DNA of 64,000 nt from NCBI RefSeq assembly GCF_000737315.1, contig NZ_JMCB01000024.1:62001-126000 (forward strand), given 5' to 3'. The DNA comes from Hyalangium minutum (GTDB lineage: Bacteria; Myxococcota; Myxococcia; Myxococcales; Myxococcaceae). The position numbers were made by a program, and so were the translations under genes. This document shows positions 10,042 to 18,951 of this stretch, piece by piece. Positions within the stretch are counted from its first letter, which is position 1. Every line of letters starts with the position of its first letter. Under the pieces are notes generated by a model. That model did not search any database. It was not told where the DNA came from and was given only the letters and a program-made list of their open reading frames with translations.

Positions 10042-10456
10042 CCTTGGACATCAACGCCCGCAGCGCCGCGGCCTCGTCGCTGCCGAACACCCGCTCGAAT
10101 TCCGCTTGGGCACGAAGCCAGAGCGCCCGAGCACGCCGATGAGCGGCCTTCCCCTCCGGCGTCAACGCCACGACACGCATGCGACGATCCTTGCCGACCT
10201 GCAGGACGACGAGTCCGTCCTTCAACAGCGGCCGGAGGTTGTGCGTGAGCGTCGACGGATCCATGACGAGCTGTTCCGCGAGCTCGTTCACCGTCTTGGG
10301 ACCGTGTTGATGGACGCGCTGAAGAATCGAGTACTGCGTCGTCCGGATGCCGCTCGGCAGGAGTGTCTGATCATAGAACTGGGTGATGTGGCGCGAGGCC
10401 TGCCTCAGCGCCAGGCAGGTGCACACGGTCGGAGTGAGGTCTTCGTCTCGAGGCAT
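9992..10456 (-). CDS. MarR family transcriptional regulator
   Basis: CTCLALRQASRHITQFYD, TQYSIL, LAEQLVMDPSTLTHNLRPL..GLV, DRR.RVV.LTPEG winged helix. Confidence 0.9.
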   Translation of the reverse strand: MPRDEDLTPTVCTCLALRQASRHITQFYDQTLLPSGIRTTQYSILQRVHQHGPKTVNELAEQLVMDPSTLTHNLRPLLKDGLVVLQVGKDRRMRVVALTPEGKAAHRRARALWLRAQAEFERVFGSDEAAALRALMSKVTRSELPSGGIPRRKP

Positions 10457-10585
10457 CGCCCATCCGGACGGAGCGAGGGATCATGGCCGCTCCACTGCTG
10501 AGTGTAACCGTTCGCGGCCGGTCGACGGTGCCGGTGAGATCAGCGATACTGCGGGTGCACCCGGTACACCAACGCGAGGCAGCCC

Positions 10586-10792
10586 ATGGCCGTAGCCAAG
10601 AAGCAGACCGCGAAGAAGTCCGCCAGCAAGAAGACGGCGGCCAAGAAGTCCACCGCGAAGAAGGCGGCGGCCAAGAAGCCCACCGCGAAGAAGGCGGCGG
10701 CCAAGAACTCGGCGGCGAAGAGCACCAGCTCCGAAAAGGGGCTCTTCTGCAAACACGGGAACATCGCCAGCGCTTGCCTGCGGTGCAAATAG
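10586..10792 (+). CDS. Small histone-H1-like Lys/Ala-rich protein with C-terminal CxH-x6-CxxC motif
   Basis: 68 aa with repeated 5-aa AKK(T/S/A/P)(A/T) units, then CKHGNIASACLRCK; GAGG RBS upstream. Confidence 0.7.
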   Translation: MAVAKKQTAKKSASKKTAAKKSTAKKAAAKKPTAKKAAAKNSAAKSTSSEKGLFCKHGNIASACLRCK

Positions 10793-10878
10793 CCCCGGAG
10801 AAGCCGCCCCTCCTGGGAGCCGCGTTTCAATAGGACTACTCTGCGTGCGTACCCTCTGCACTCCGTGAGAACGCACGC

Positions 10879-11889
10879 ATGTCCTCGACTGCTCCCCACC
10901 CGGCTCAACTCATTGTCGATCTCGGCTTTGGCTTCATCCTCTCGGGCGCGCTCGCTGCGGTAACCGAGCTGGGCGTCGCGGACCGACTGGCGCAAGGTCC
11001 CAAGAGCCCGTCCGTCCTTGCCGAGGAGCTGAAAGTCGATGCCTCCTCGCTGTACCGGGCGCTCCGCCTGCTGGCCAGCGCGGGCGTATTCACCGAAGAC
11101 ACCGAAGGACGCTTCGGCCTCACGCCCGCCGCGGAGCTGCTGCAGTCCCAGGTGCCCGGCTCGCTGCGCGACGCGGTGCTGATGCTCACCCAGAAGATCT
11201 TCTGGGCCCCGGCAGGCGAGATGGCGGAGACCATCCGGACGGGAGAGACGCCCTTTGCTCGCATCTTCGGCAAGCCGTTCTTCGACTACCTCGCGAGCGA
11301 CGCAGCCGCCGGAGCCACCTTCCACCGCGGCATGTCCAGCCTCTCCGACATGGAGAATGGCCCCATCGCGCGCAGCTATGACTTCAGCCCCTTCCACCAG
11401 GTGGTGGACATCGGCGGAGGACACGGAGGGTTCCTCGTCGAGGTGCTCCAATCCGCACCCAAGCTCCGGGGCGTGCTCTTCGATCACAGCCACGTCCTCT
11501 CGGAGTCGAGGATCGCCAAGGCGGGACTGTCGCAGTCCTGCGAGCACGCCACCGGGGACTTCTTCGAGGCCGTGCCCTCGGGTGCGGATGTCTACGTGTT
11601 GAAGCGCATTCTCCACGACTGGAACGATGAGGACTGCGTCCGCATCCTGCGCAACTGCCGCAGCGCCATGGCCCAGGGAGGGCGAGTCCTCGTCATCGAC
11701 ACGGTCATCCCCCCGGGCAATGCGCCCCATGGCGGCAAGGTGCTGGACGTCATGATGATGGCCTCGCTGCCAGGCCGCGAGCGCACGGAGGCGGACTTCC
11801 GCAAGCTCTTCGCTCAGGCGGGACTCCAGCTCTCGCGCATCCTTCCCACGCCCACGGCGATGAGCATCACCGAGGCCATTGCGGCGTGA
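10879..11889 (+). CDS. SAM-dependent O-methyltransferase (Methyltransf_2 with dimerisation domain)
   Basis: VVDIGGGHG motif I, GDFF, KRILHDWNDE, GRERTEADF. Confidence 0.92.
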   Translation: MSSTAPHPAQLIVDLGFGFILSGALAAVTELGVADRLAQGPKSPSVLAEELKVDASSLYRALRLLASAGVFTEDTEGRFGLTPAAELLQSQVPGSLRDAVLMLTQKIFWAPAGEMAETIRTGETPFARIFGKPFFDYLASDAAAGATFHRGMSSLSDMENGPIARSYDFSPFHQVVDIGGGHGGFLVEVLQSAPKLRGVLFDHSHVLSESRIAKAGLSQSCEHATGDFFEAVPSGADVYVLKRILHDWNDEDCVRILRNCRSAMAQGGRVLVIDTVIPPGNAPHGGKVLDVMMMASLPGRERTEADFRKLFAQAGLQLSRILPTPTAMSITEAIAA

Positions 11890-12852
11890 TCAAGCACGGC
11901 TCCCCGCGGCCTGCGTTACCTTGCGCACCGCTTCGATGAAGCGGCGCAGCTTCGCGGGGTAGATGGGCGCCTGGGGAAAGGCCACGAAGACCGGCAGCGG
12001 TGCGGCACGCCACTCGGGAGCGAGCTGCACCAGGCTGCCTTCGGCCAGCTCGCTGCTCACCACCCAGGCCGAAATCACACACGCCCCGAGCCCGAGAAGC
12101 GCCGCGTTCTTCATCGCGTGCAGGTTGTCGGTGCTCAGGCGCGGCGCGATGGAGAACTCCTGCGTGCGCTTGTCACGGAGGTGCGTCATGGCCACCGTCG
12201 TGCGGTAGAAGGTGCGGAGCGCGAGCCAGGGCAGGCCGCCGAGCTCGCTTGGCTCCCTCGGGACGCTGCTCCCCTGCAGCAGGGAAGGCGCGGCGACCGC
12301 GATCCGCTCCACCTCCGACAGCTTGACGGCCACCAACCCGAGGTCCGTCACCTCCCCCACCCGGATCACACAGTCGATGCCTTGCGCCACCAGGTTCTGG
12401 ACCTCGTCGTTCAGTATCCATTCCACCGACACGCGCGGGTAACGACGCAGGTAGTCCACCACGGCGCCGATGAAGTGCTGCTGACCCAGGGCATGCGGCG
12501 CGACGACGCGCAAGGTGCCGGAGGGCTCCTCCCCTCCACCGTGCATGTCGGACTCGAACGCCTGCCACGCCTCCAGCAGCTCGCGCGCCCGCGCGAAGCA
12601 GCGCTGGCCCTCTTCCGTCAGCACCAATGCGCGCGTGGACCGGTTCAGCAGCCGGGCCCCCAAGCTGCGCTCCAGCGCCTGCAGGCGCCGGCTGATTGTC
12701 GGCTGCGTGGAGCCCAGTTGCTCCGCCGCGGCCGACAGGCTGCCGGCTTCGACGATGCGCACGAAGGTCTCCAGCAGCGAGAGGCGGTCCACACCGGCCG
12801 CGAGTCCGGAGGCGGCGGCCGCTGGCTGCTTGCGTGAAGTCGAGCGATTCAT
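11890..12852 (-). CDS. LysR family transcriptional regulator
   Basis: TFVRIVEAGSLSAAAEQLGSTQPTISRRLQALE HTH, LLNRSTR, substrate-binding domain; divergent from the MFS gene. Confidence 0.93.
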   Translation of the reverse strand: MNRSTSRKQPAAAASGLAAGVDRLSLLETFVRIVEAGSLSAAAEQLGSTQPTISRRLQALERSLGARLLNRSTRALVLTEEGQRCFARARELLEAWQAFESDMHGGGEEPSGTLRVVAPHALGQQHFIGAVVDYLRRYPRVSVEWILNDEVQNLVAQGIDCVIRVGEVTDLGLVAVKLSEVERIAVAAPSLLQGSSVPREPSELGGLPWLALRTFYRTTVAMTHLRDKRTQEFSIAPRLSTDNLHAMKNAALLGLGACVISAWVVSSELAEGSLVQLAPEWRAAPLPVFVAFPQAPIYPAKLRRFIEAVRKVTQAAGSRA

Positions 12853-12865
12853 ACGTACAGCGTAT
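12851..12865. promoter_or_regulatory. LysR-type recognition box ATAC-N7-GTAT (T-N11-A)
   Basis: ATACGTACAGCGTAT overlaps the LysR start codon in the divergent LysR/MFS promoter, the usual position for such a box. Confidence 0.55.
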
Positions 12866-12950
12866 ATCTGTTGTCCGGCCCATGGCAGTTCTCAAAGGAA
12901 GGCCCCGAGGGAACACTGTGCCTCAGCGAATCCGAGCCCGGAGTCTTCCT

Positions 12951-14189
12951 ATGGAAAGCATTCACGAGACGTATCGTCCCTCGCCCCTGCCGGGTGCCAT
13001 GGCACTCAGCGCCCCCGCTCGCGAGCAGAGCGAACCGGGGCTGCCGCTGGTCCTGCTGCTGGCACTCTCGGCCGGGCTGGCCGTGGCCTCGCTGTACTAC
13101 ACGCAACCGATGCTGGCCGTGCTGTCCGAAGACCTGCACGCGTCCACTCGCGCCGTGGGCATGCTCCCGATGCTCACACAGCTCGGCTACGCCCTCGGAA
13201 TCCTGCTGCTGTCCCCCCTCGGCGATCGCCTGGACCGCCGCCGCGTCATCGTGGCCAAGGCCCTCGTGCTGGGTGTGGCGCTGCTGCTCGCCGCCGCCGC
13301 GCCTTCGATCCATGTGCTGCTGCTCGCCAGCCTGGCCATCGGCCTGAGCGCCACCCTGGCGCAGGACATCGTCCCCGCCGCCGCCACGCTCGCGCCCGAG
13401 GCCCATCGCGGCCGGGTGGTGGGCACCGTGATGACCGGCCTGCTCCTGGGCATCCTGCTCTCGCGGGTGATCAGCGGCTTCACTGCGGAGCACTTCGGCT
13501 GGCGCACGATGTTCTTGTTCGCTGCTGCGGGCATCGCGGCGATCGCCGCCGCCGCCTGGAAGGCACTCCCCCGCTTCAAGCCCACCAGCCACCTGAGCTA
13601 CGGGGCGCTGCTGCGCTCGGTGGGCCACCTGTGGAAGGCCCACCGCGACGTGCGCCATGCCGCGATCGCGCAAGGGCTGTTGTCCGTCGGCTTCAGCGCG
13701 TTCTGGTCCACGCTGGCGGTCCTGCTGCACGCGGAGCCCTTCCACCTTGGGAGCACCGCCGCCGGGGCCTTTGGCCTGGCTGGAGCCGCGGGCGCTTTTG
13801 CCGCGCCCCTGGCGGGTGGCCTGGCCGACCGTCACGGTGCCCGCATCGTGACCCGCGTCGGCGCGGTGCTCGCGCTGGTCTCCTTCGCCCTGCTGGGCTT
13901 TTGGCCCTGGCTGGTTCCCAGCGCCCGCCTGGTGTTGCTGGCCATCACCGCCATCGGCTTCGACCTCGGCTTCCAGGTGACGCTGATCGCGCACCAGAGC
14001 ATCGTCTACTCCGTCGATCCCGCTGCCCGGAGCCGGCTCAACGCCCTGCTCATCGTGGGCATGTTCATCGGGATGTCGGTAGGCGCCGCGTTGGGTGGGT
14101 TGCTGCTCGCGCAGTGGGGTTGGCTCGCGGTGGCGGCATTGGCCACCAGCGCCTCGGGGCTGGCGCTGATCATCCGCTTCCGGGCATAG
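12951..14189 (+). CDS. Major facilitator superfamily transporter
   Basis: About 12 TM; SLYYTQPML, PLGDRLDRRR motif A, GGLADRHG. Start is ATG 12951 or 12999. Confidence 0.9.
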   Translation: MESIHETYRPSPLPGAMALSAPAREQSEPGLPLVLLLALSAGLAVASLYYTQPMLAVLSEDLHASTRAVGMLPMLTQLGYALGILLLSPLGDRLDRRRVIVAKALVLGVALLLAAAAPSIHVLLLASLAIGLSATLAQDIVPAAATLAPEAHRGRVVGTVMTGLLLGILLSRVISGFTAEHFGWRTMFLFAAAGIAAIAAAAWKALPRFKPTSHLSYGALLRSVGHLWKAHRDVRHAAIAQGLLSVGFSAFWSTLAVLLHAEPFHLGSTAAGAFGLAGAAGAFAAPLAGGLADRHGARIVTRVGAVLALVSFALLGFWPWLVPSARLVLLAITAIGFDLGFQVTLIAHQSIVYSVDPAARSRLNALLIVGMFIGMSVGAALGGLLLAQWGWLAVAALATSASGLALIIRFRA

Positions 14190-14221
14190 CCAGGCTCTCT
14201 CCCATTCACTAGGGTCATCCA

Positions 14222-14746
14222 ATGGCCGATGAAGCCCGTAGTTACTTGATGCGGCAGTTCGAGACGGCGTGGGAGCTCACCCGGTACCACCTCGACGGGC
14301 TCTCCACCGAGGAGTGCTTGTGGCGCCCGGCCACTCGGGGTCTGCACGTGCAGCAGCTACCGGATGGGAAGTGGCGCGCCGACTGGCCGGAGCACGAGGG
14401 ATATGACCTTGGCCCTCCGAGCATCGCGTGGCTGACGTGGCACCTCGGCTTCTGGTGGTCCATGGTGCTCGACCACTCCTTCGGCGACGGAAAACTCTCC
14501 CGCGAGAACGTCCTATGGCCTGGCAACGCCGACGCCGTCCGCGAGTGGATCGGCCAGCTCAAGGGACAGTGGCAAGGCGCCCTCGAGAAGCTCTCGGACG
14601 AGGACCTGCGCTCGACCCAGCGGACGCGATGGCCTCTCCAGGATCGGCCGTTCGGTGACGTCGTCGCCTGGGCCAATGTCGAGCTCACGAAGAACGCCGC
14701 CGAGCTCGGCTATGCACGCTTCCTCCATGCCGTCAGCGCCCGCTGA
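14222..14746 (+). CDS. DinB family four-helix protein
   Basis: L.GLSTEECLW.P, SIAWLTWHL, ELTKNAAELG pattern of DinB_2-like proteins. Confidence 0.75.
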   Translation: MADEARSYLMRQFETAWELTRYHLDGLSTEECLWRPATRGLHVQQLPDGKWRADWPEHEGYDLGPPSIAWLTWHLGFWWSMVLDHSFGDGKLSRENVLWPGNADAVREWIGQLKGQWQGALEKLSDEDLRSTQRTRWPLQDRPFGDVVAWANVELTKNAAELGYARFLHAVSAR

Positions 14747-14766
14747 GGCTGCCGCGCGCAACGCGC

Positions 14767-15026
14767 TCACGGTTTGGGAGGGCGTCTCTTCCGGCGGTTG
14801 CGGATCCAGCTGACCCCCACCACGAGCAGCGAGAGCACGGTTCCCAGCGCCAACGCGTAGGGAATCTGCGCCAGCCGCTCTGATCGGTCGTGCACGGCTT
14901 GCCTTGCTTCCTGTCCTTGTAACAGCCTCGGGCATTGGCAGGCGGCATGTCCGCCTGAGCCCGCGAGCAGCCGAGCCACGCAATGAGGAAGAGCGCCAGC
15001 CGCCCCGTACCGATTCTCATCGGCAT
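14767..15026 (-). pseudogene. Internally deleted/frameshifted gene for a secreted, C-terminally anchored protein
   Basis: One frame gives a signal peptide plus DMPP..C..K..G.PC; a different frame gives a TM helix and basic tail (IPYALALGTVLSLLVVGVSWIRNRRKRRPPKP*). The frames join near 14880. Confidence 0.5.
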
Positions 15027-15429
15027 GGAGCCTACCAGGCGCTGGCGCCCGTGCTTTTACCCCGCGGAAACGAGACTTTTGGCCGCGCGCGGCACCGCGC
15101 CTCGGCGGCACGCGCCTGGACCGCCTCTTCGGTTCGATGCGCCGCCTTCAGCAGCACCGCCGCGCGCATAGTGGACTCCGATGGCTTCCCCAAGCCGCAG
15201 CCCTTCTCGTTCGAAGCGCCCAGCACGCTGGAGTTCTACAGCGGCTCTTCGCTGAACAGCGCTGACGGGATGGCGAGCGGCAGCGTCGAGCCCCAGTAAC
15301 ACCTCTGGCGCCAAGGCCCGAGCCTTGGCCGCTCCGCGAGCCTCGGGCCCGAGCGCCAGAAGCTGAAGCTTCTGACGACGTATGAGGTAGGATCTCCCGA
15401 GGAGGAGGAGTCAGGTCTCCTCCTTCTCG

Positions 15430-16869
15430 GTGAGGCTCCTCATGAAACGCGCGTCACACCCCACGGGTCTTCTCTTCGGTCCTCCCCTGGGCACCCGGGT
15501 GCACGCATGGCGGCTGGTGGACTGCCTCCGCCATGGCGCCTATGGGGTGGTCTACCGCGCCGTCCGCATTGGCCAGGAGTCCGCGGAGCCCGTAGCGCTC
15601 AAGATGGCCATGTACCCGTGGGATCCGCGCTTCATGCGGGAGGTGGGGCTGCTGTCGCTCGTCCACCACCCAAGCACGCCCCGGCTACTCGGCCATGGCT
15701 TCTGGCAGCACCCGTCGGGCGCGTTCTTTCCCTTCATCGTCATGCAATGGGTGGAAGGCACGCCGCTATACGAGTGGGCGCGCGAGCAACAGCCCACGAG
15801 CCTGCGGGTGCGCCAGGTGCTGGCGCAGTTGGCACGGGCGCTCGAGGCAACGCATGCCGCCGGTGCGGTGCACCGGGACGTCAAGGGCGACAACGTGCTG
15901 ATGCGGCACTCAGATGGCCGGGCGGTGCTGCTGGACTTTGGCGCTGGGAACTACCCCTGTGCCGCGAGGCTGACGTGGGAGCTGCTGCCACCGGGGACAC
16001 CCCCCTACCGGGCTCCCGAAGCGTGGCTATTCGAGCGCCGCTCCGAGCACGTCCAGGATGCCCACTATGTGGCCGGACCTGCGGATGATGTGTACGCGCT
16101 GGGAGTGACGGCCTATCGGCTCGTCACCGGAGAGCATCCCTTCCACGCGAGGCTCCGGCAGGATGACGCGGGAGCCTGGCATGTGGAGGAGAACCCTCTG
16201 CCCTCGCCGCGAGAGCTCAACCTGAGAGTGGATTCCCGGCTCAGCGATTTGATCCTCCGCATGCTCTCGGTGTCACCAGAGGAGCGTGGCACCGCCAGAG
16301 AACTCGCCGAGGCGTTGGAAACTTCGGCGGCGCGTCTGGCTCAGGAAGAAAGAGACGCCCGGCCCTGCTCCGAATCCCCTGCCCCCACCGAACCACCGCA
16401 AGCCGATCCAGAACGCTTGCAGCCTCAAGTGGAGGCGAGGAACTGGAAGGCCAGGAGCGCATGGGCGCTCGCGGGAGCCCTGCTGGCGCTCTGGGCATTG
16501 AAGGCAGTGCACGCGCCACACAACAGTGCCTCCATGAAGGAGCCAGTCACTGGAGGCACCACCCATCTCGGAGAGGCTGCTTCGAAGGAAACGCCGCCAC
16601 CGGTCCAGAGCTCCTTCCAGCGGGAGACCATCAGCCAAGAGCCACCTCCAGAACCCTATCCAGGACAGCTCACACCGAATGCGAAAGGCCGCTGCCCTGA
16701 ACCCAAGCAGATCCCCCTCAATGGAGGCTGCTGGGGGGAGGTCAACACGAAGGATGCCGAGGAGTGCGAGAAGAACGGCTGGGTCCTAACCAAGGGCCGC
16801 TGCTACGCTCCAGCCATGGACACGCGCCGGAAACCTCCGCCCACATCCGCGCCCCCGGACTTTCGGTGA
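15430..16869 (+). CDS. Hanks-type Ser/Thr protein kinase with TM helix and C-terminal Cys-rich domain
   Basis: HGAYGVV, VALK, VHRDVKGDN, DFG, GTPPYRAPE, DDVYALG; TM WALAGALLALWAL; C..KQIPLNGGCW...EC......CYAP tail. Confidence 0.92.
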   Translation: MRLLMKRASHPTGLLFGPPLGTRVHAWRLVDCLRHGAYGVVYRAVRIGQESAEPVALKMAMYPWDPRFMREVGLLSLVHHPSTPRLLGHGFWQHPSGAFFPFIVMQWVEGTPLYEWAREQQPTSLRVRQVLAQLARALEATHAAGAVHRDVKGDNVLMRHSDGRAVLLDFGAGNYPCAARLTWELLPPGTPPYRAPEAWLFERRSEHVQDAHYVAGPADDVYALGVTAYRLVTGEHPFHARLRQDDAGAWHVEENPLPSPRELNLRVDSRLSDLILRMLSVSPEERGTARELAEALETSAARLAQEERDARPCSESPAPTEPPQADPERLQPQVEARNWKARSAWALAGALLALWALKAVHAPHNSASMKEPVTGGTTHLGEAASKETPPPVQSSFQRETISQEPPPEPYPGQLTPNAKGRCPEPKQIPLNGGCWGEVNTKDAEECEKNGWVLTKGRCYAPAMDTRRKPPPTSAPPDFR

Positions 16870-16875
16870 CCATCG

Positions 16876-16920
16876 CGCGATGTAGAGGCGGCGGGAATCG
16901 AACCTGCCGCCTCCATCGCG
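16876..16920 (-). mobile_element. tmRNA-3'-end-like sequence (att-site scar) embedded in a long hairpin
   Basis: Minus strand reads GGAGGCGGCAGG-TTCGATT-CCCGCCGCCTCTAC. It shares the 20-nt core GGTTCGATTCCCGCCGCCTC with 50263-50282; the CGCGATG/CATCGCG flanks extend the stem. Confidence 0.55.
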
Positions 16921-17013
16921 GGTCTGCTGTAGCTTGCTCTCATAGGCCCCGATCCCACAAGCAGGCAGGGGCTCCACGGGGGCCCGTGGGAGGCGAACGG
17001 TAGCGTGTGCCCT

Positions 17014-17097
17014 GGCGAGGTGTGGCTGGAATGCGGAGTGCTGGCGCACGGCTTCGCGCGGGTGCGCTGCGCGTCCTCGCGCAGCCGGGCGGGATGA
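17014..17097 (+). pseudogene. Remnant of an IS91-family transposase zinc-binding domain
   Basis: Frame from 17014 reads GEVWLECGVLAHGFARVRCAS, matching the LECG.LAHGFARVRC motif of IS91-type transposases, then stops at 17095-17097. Confidence 0.7.
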
Positions 17098-17208
17098 TCG
17101 ATTCGATGGTGTCGAGTTTCTGCGCGCCGATACCCACCGGGGATGGGGCATTGCGTCGATGGCTCGGGCTGCTGCGCGCTGGGCGCGCTTTTTGTAGAAT
17201 CCCACGCC

Positions 17209-17763
17209 ATGAGCCTCCTCACCTTCGGTCTCAACGTGACTTTGGACGGGTGCATCGATCACACCCAGGGGATCGTGGACGACGAGCTGCACGACTATTG
17301 GACGCAGCTCATGGATCAGAGCGGGGCGATGCTCTTCGGGCGCAACACCTACGAGCTGATGGAGGGAGCCTGGCCCGCGGTGGCACGCGACGAAAAGGCG
17401 CCGCGCGCGATGCGCGAGTGGGCACAGAAGCTTGAGGCGAAGGCGAAGTACGTCGTGTCGGGCTCGCGGAGCGACTTTCCGTGGCAGAACACGATCAAGG
17501 TGGAGGGTGACCTTCGCGAGGCGATCTCGGCGCTGAAAGCGAAGACCGAGCGGGGTGTCCTCGTCGGAGCGCCCAAGCTCGCGGCTGCGCTCGAGGAGTT
17601 GGGGCTCATCGACGAGTACCGCTTCGTCGTTCATCCCATCATCAGTGGCCGCGGGCCGACGTTGTTTCATGGCCTGTCGAGTGCGCGGCATCTCGAGCTC
17701 CTATCGACGCAGCGGTTCAAGTCCGGCGTGCAGGCGCTCCACTTCCGTCGCAAAGCGGGATGA
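17209..17763 (+). CDS. Dihydrofolate reductase / RibD C-terminal domain protein
   Basis: NVTLDGCID, LFGRNTYE, LIDEYRFVVHPIISGRGPTLF. Confidence 0.88.
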   Translation: MSLLTFGLNVTLDGCIDHTQGIVDDELHDYWTQLMDQSGAMLFGRNTYELMEGAWPAVARDEKAPRAMREWAQKLEAKAKYVVSGSRSDFPWQNTIKVEGDLREAISALKAKTERGVLVGAPKLAAALEELGLIDEYRFVVHPIISGRGPTLFHGLSSARHLELLSTQRFKSGVQALHFRRKAG

Positions 17764-17787
17764 GCGTGGAAGGACCCGACTTGAACA

Positions 17788-18951
17788 TCAATCGGAGATG
17801 GCAGCCTCGCCGGGCTTGGGACGCAGCTCCGTAAGGACAGGGACAAGCTGGTTCTCCTTCACCTCGCAGGTGGCCTGGGCCGGAGAGACATGCCAAACCG
17901 GCGAGAGCGTGACCGCGCGCCCGAACCGGAGCGGGCTGGTGCCCACCATGAGCTCCTGCTTCTTGCCCCCATCGCTGTCGCTGTAGATGACCGTCAGCCC
18001 GCCCGACTTCCCAGGGAGCTGGATCTTCAGGCGCGCGACCTTGCCCTCGCGCACGACTTCGACGGGCAGCGGCTCCTGGGGATTCCCGTACGCTGGGAAC
18101 ACCTGGCCATCAGCGATGCGGATGCCCCACTGGCGGAGCCCGGTCTGCTCTTCCTCATCCGCCTCATCACCGCAGAGCTTGAAGGAAGTCGGGGCCCAGC
18201 CGGACAGCCAGAGTTCCACGTGGTCATCCGCGAGCCACTTCTCCCCCGGCCCCGCCCAGGTGTCGTCCATCACTTCCACCAGGAGCACGTTCTCGTGGGT
18301 GAGCACGGCGCGGATCCGGGCGTCCTCTTTCCCCTGCGCCTTCCCGAGCAGGACGAAGGAGCCGTCCACCGAGCAGCGCCCGAGCGACATGCGCTTCCAT
18401 CCCTCGCTGAGGAAGTTCGCGGGCACCTGGACTCTGGGAACGAGCTGCGCCTCCAGGGCCTGGCAGCCGTCAGACTCCTTGGTCGAGCGGCCCTCGAAGG
18501 TGATGTAGTTGAAGCGCCCCTCCTGGCCCTCGTGCGACAGGACGTCGTAGCTGTATTGTCGGCCGCTGGCCCACGTCAGGGGCACCAGCTGCAACTCCAC
18601 CACGCTCGCCCCCCGCACGCGGGTGCCGCCCGCGTCCGTGTAGCTGAAGCGATTCTTTTGCACGCTCACGTCGTCCTCCATGACGCTGTTGGGATCGTCG
18701 CCGCAGGTGCCGAGCAGCTTGACCACGGACTTGTCGGGCCTGCGCAGCCACCACTCCTTCTGCTCGCACTTGTAGCGTTCGTCGTCCTCGGCCCCCCCCT
18801 GTCCCAGCGACAGCTCGACCACCTCGTGGCCCTTGAGCACGCGCTGGGTGCCCTTCACGATGCAGTCGGGGCGGTCTCCACAGACGTCCTTCGCCCCCTT
18901 CGCCATGGCTGGCACTGCCAGCAACAGCCCGAGCACTACGGTTCGTCTCAT
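17788..18951 (-). CDS. Secreted hypothetical protein; C-terminal CBM9/DOMON-like beta domain suspected
   Basis: Signal peptide MRRTVVLGLLLAVPAMA; several Cys; V.DD...DDHVELWL..RQWGI resembles sugar-binding domains. Confidence 0.6.
   Translation of the reverse strand: MRRTVVLGLLLAVPAMAKGAKDVCGDRPDCIVKGTQRVLKGHEVVELSLGQGGAEDDERYKCEQKEWWLRRPDKSVVKLLGTCGDDPNSVMEDDVSVQKNRFSYTDAGGTRVRGASVVELQLVPLTWASGRQYSYDVLSHEGQEGRFNYITFEGRSTKESDGCQALEAQLVPRVQVPANFLSEGWKRMSLGRCSVDGSFVLLGKAQGKEDARIRAVLTHENVLLVEVMDDTWAGPGEKWLADDHVELWLSGWAPTSFKLCGDEADEEEQTGLRQWGIRIADGQVFPAYGNPQEPLPVEVVREGKVARLKIQLPGKSGGLTVIYSDSDGGKKQELMVGTSPLRFGRAVTLSPVWHVSPAQATCEVKENQLVPVLTELRPKPGEAAISD

Noticed and set aside
10600-10720. 15-nt tandem repeats as a non-coding repeat or CRISPR
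   Set aside because: They are in-frame codon repeats of the AKKxx units of the histone-like protein.
15027-15310. Coding-like remnant between the broken surface-protein gene and the kinase
   Set aside because: GC3 bias is visible in frames on both strands and one has an internal stop; I recognise no motif, so I cannot assign strand or product.
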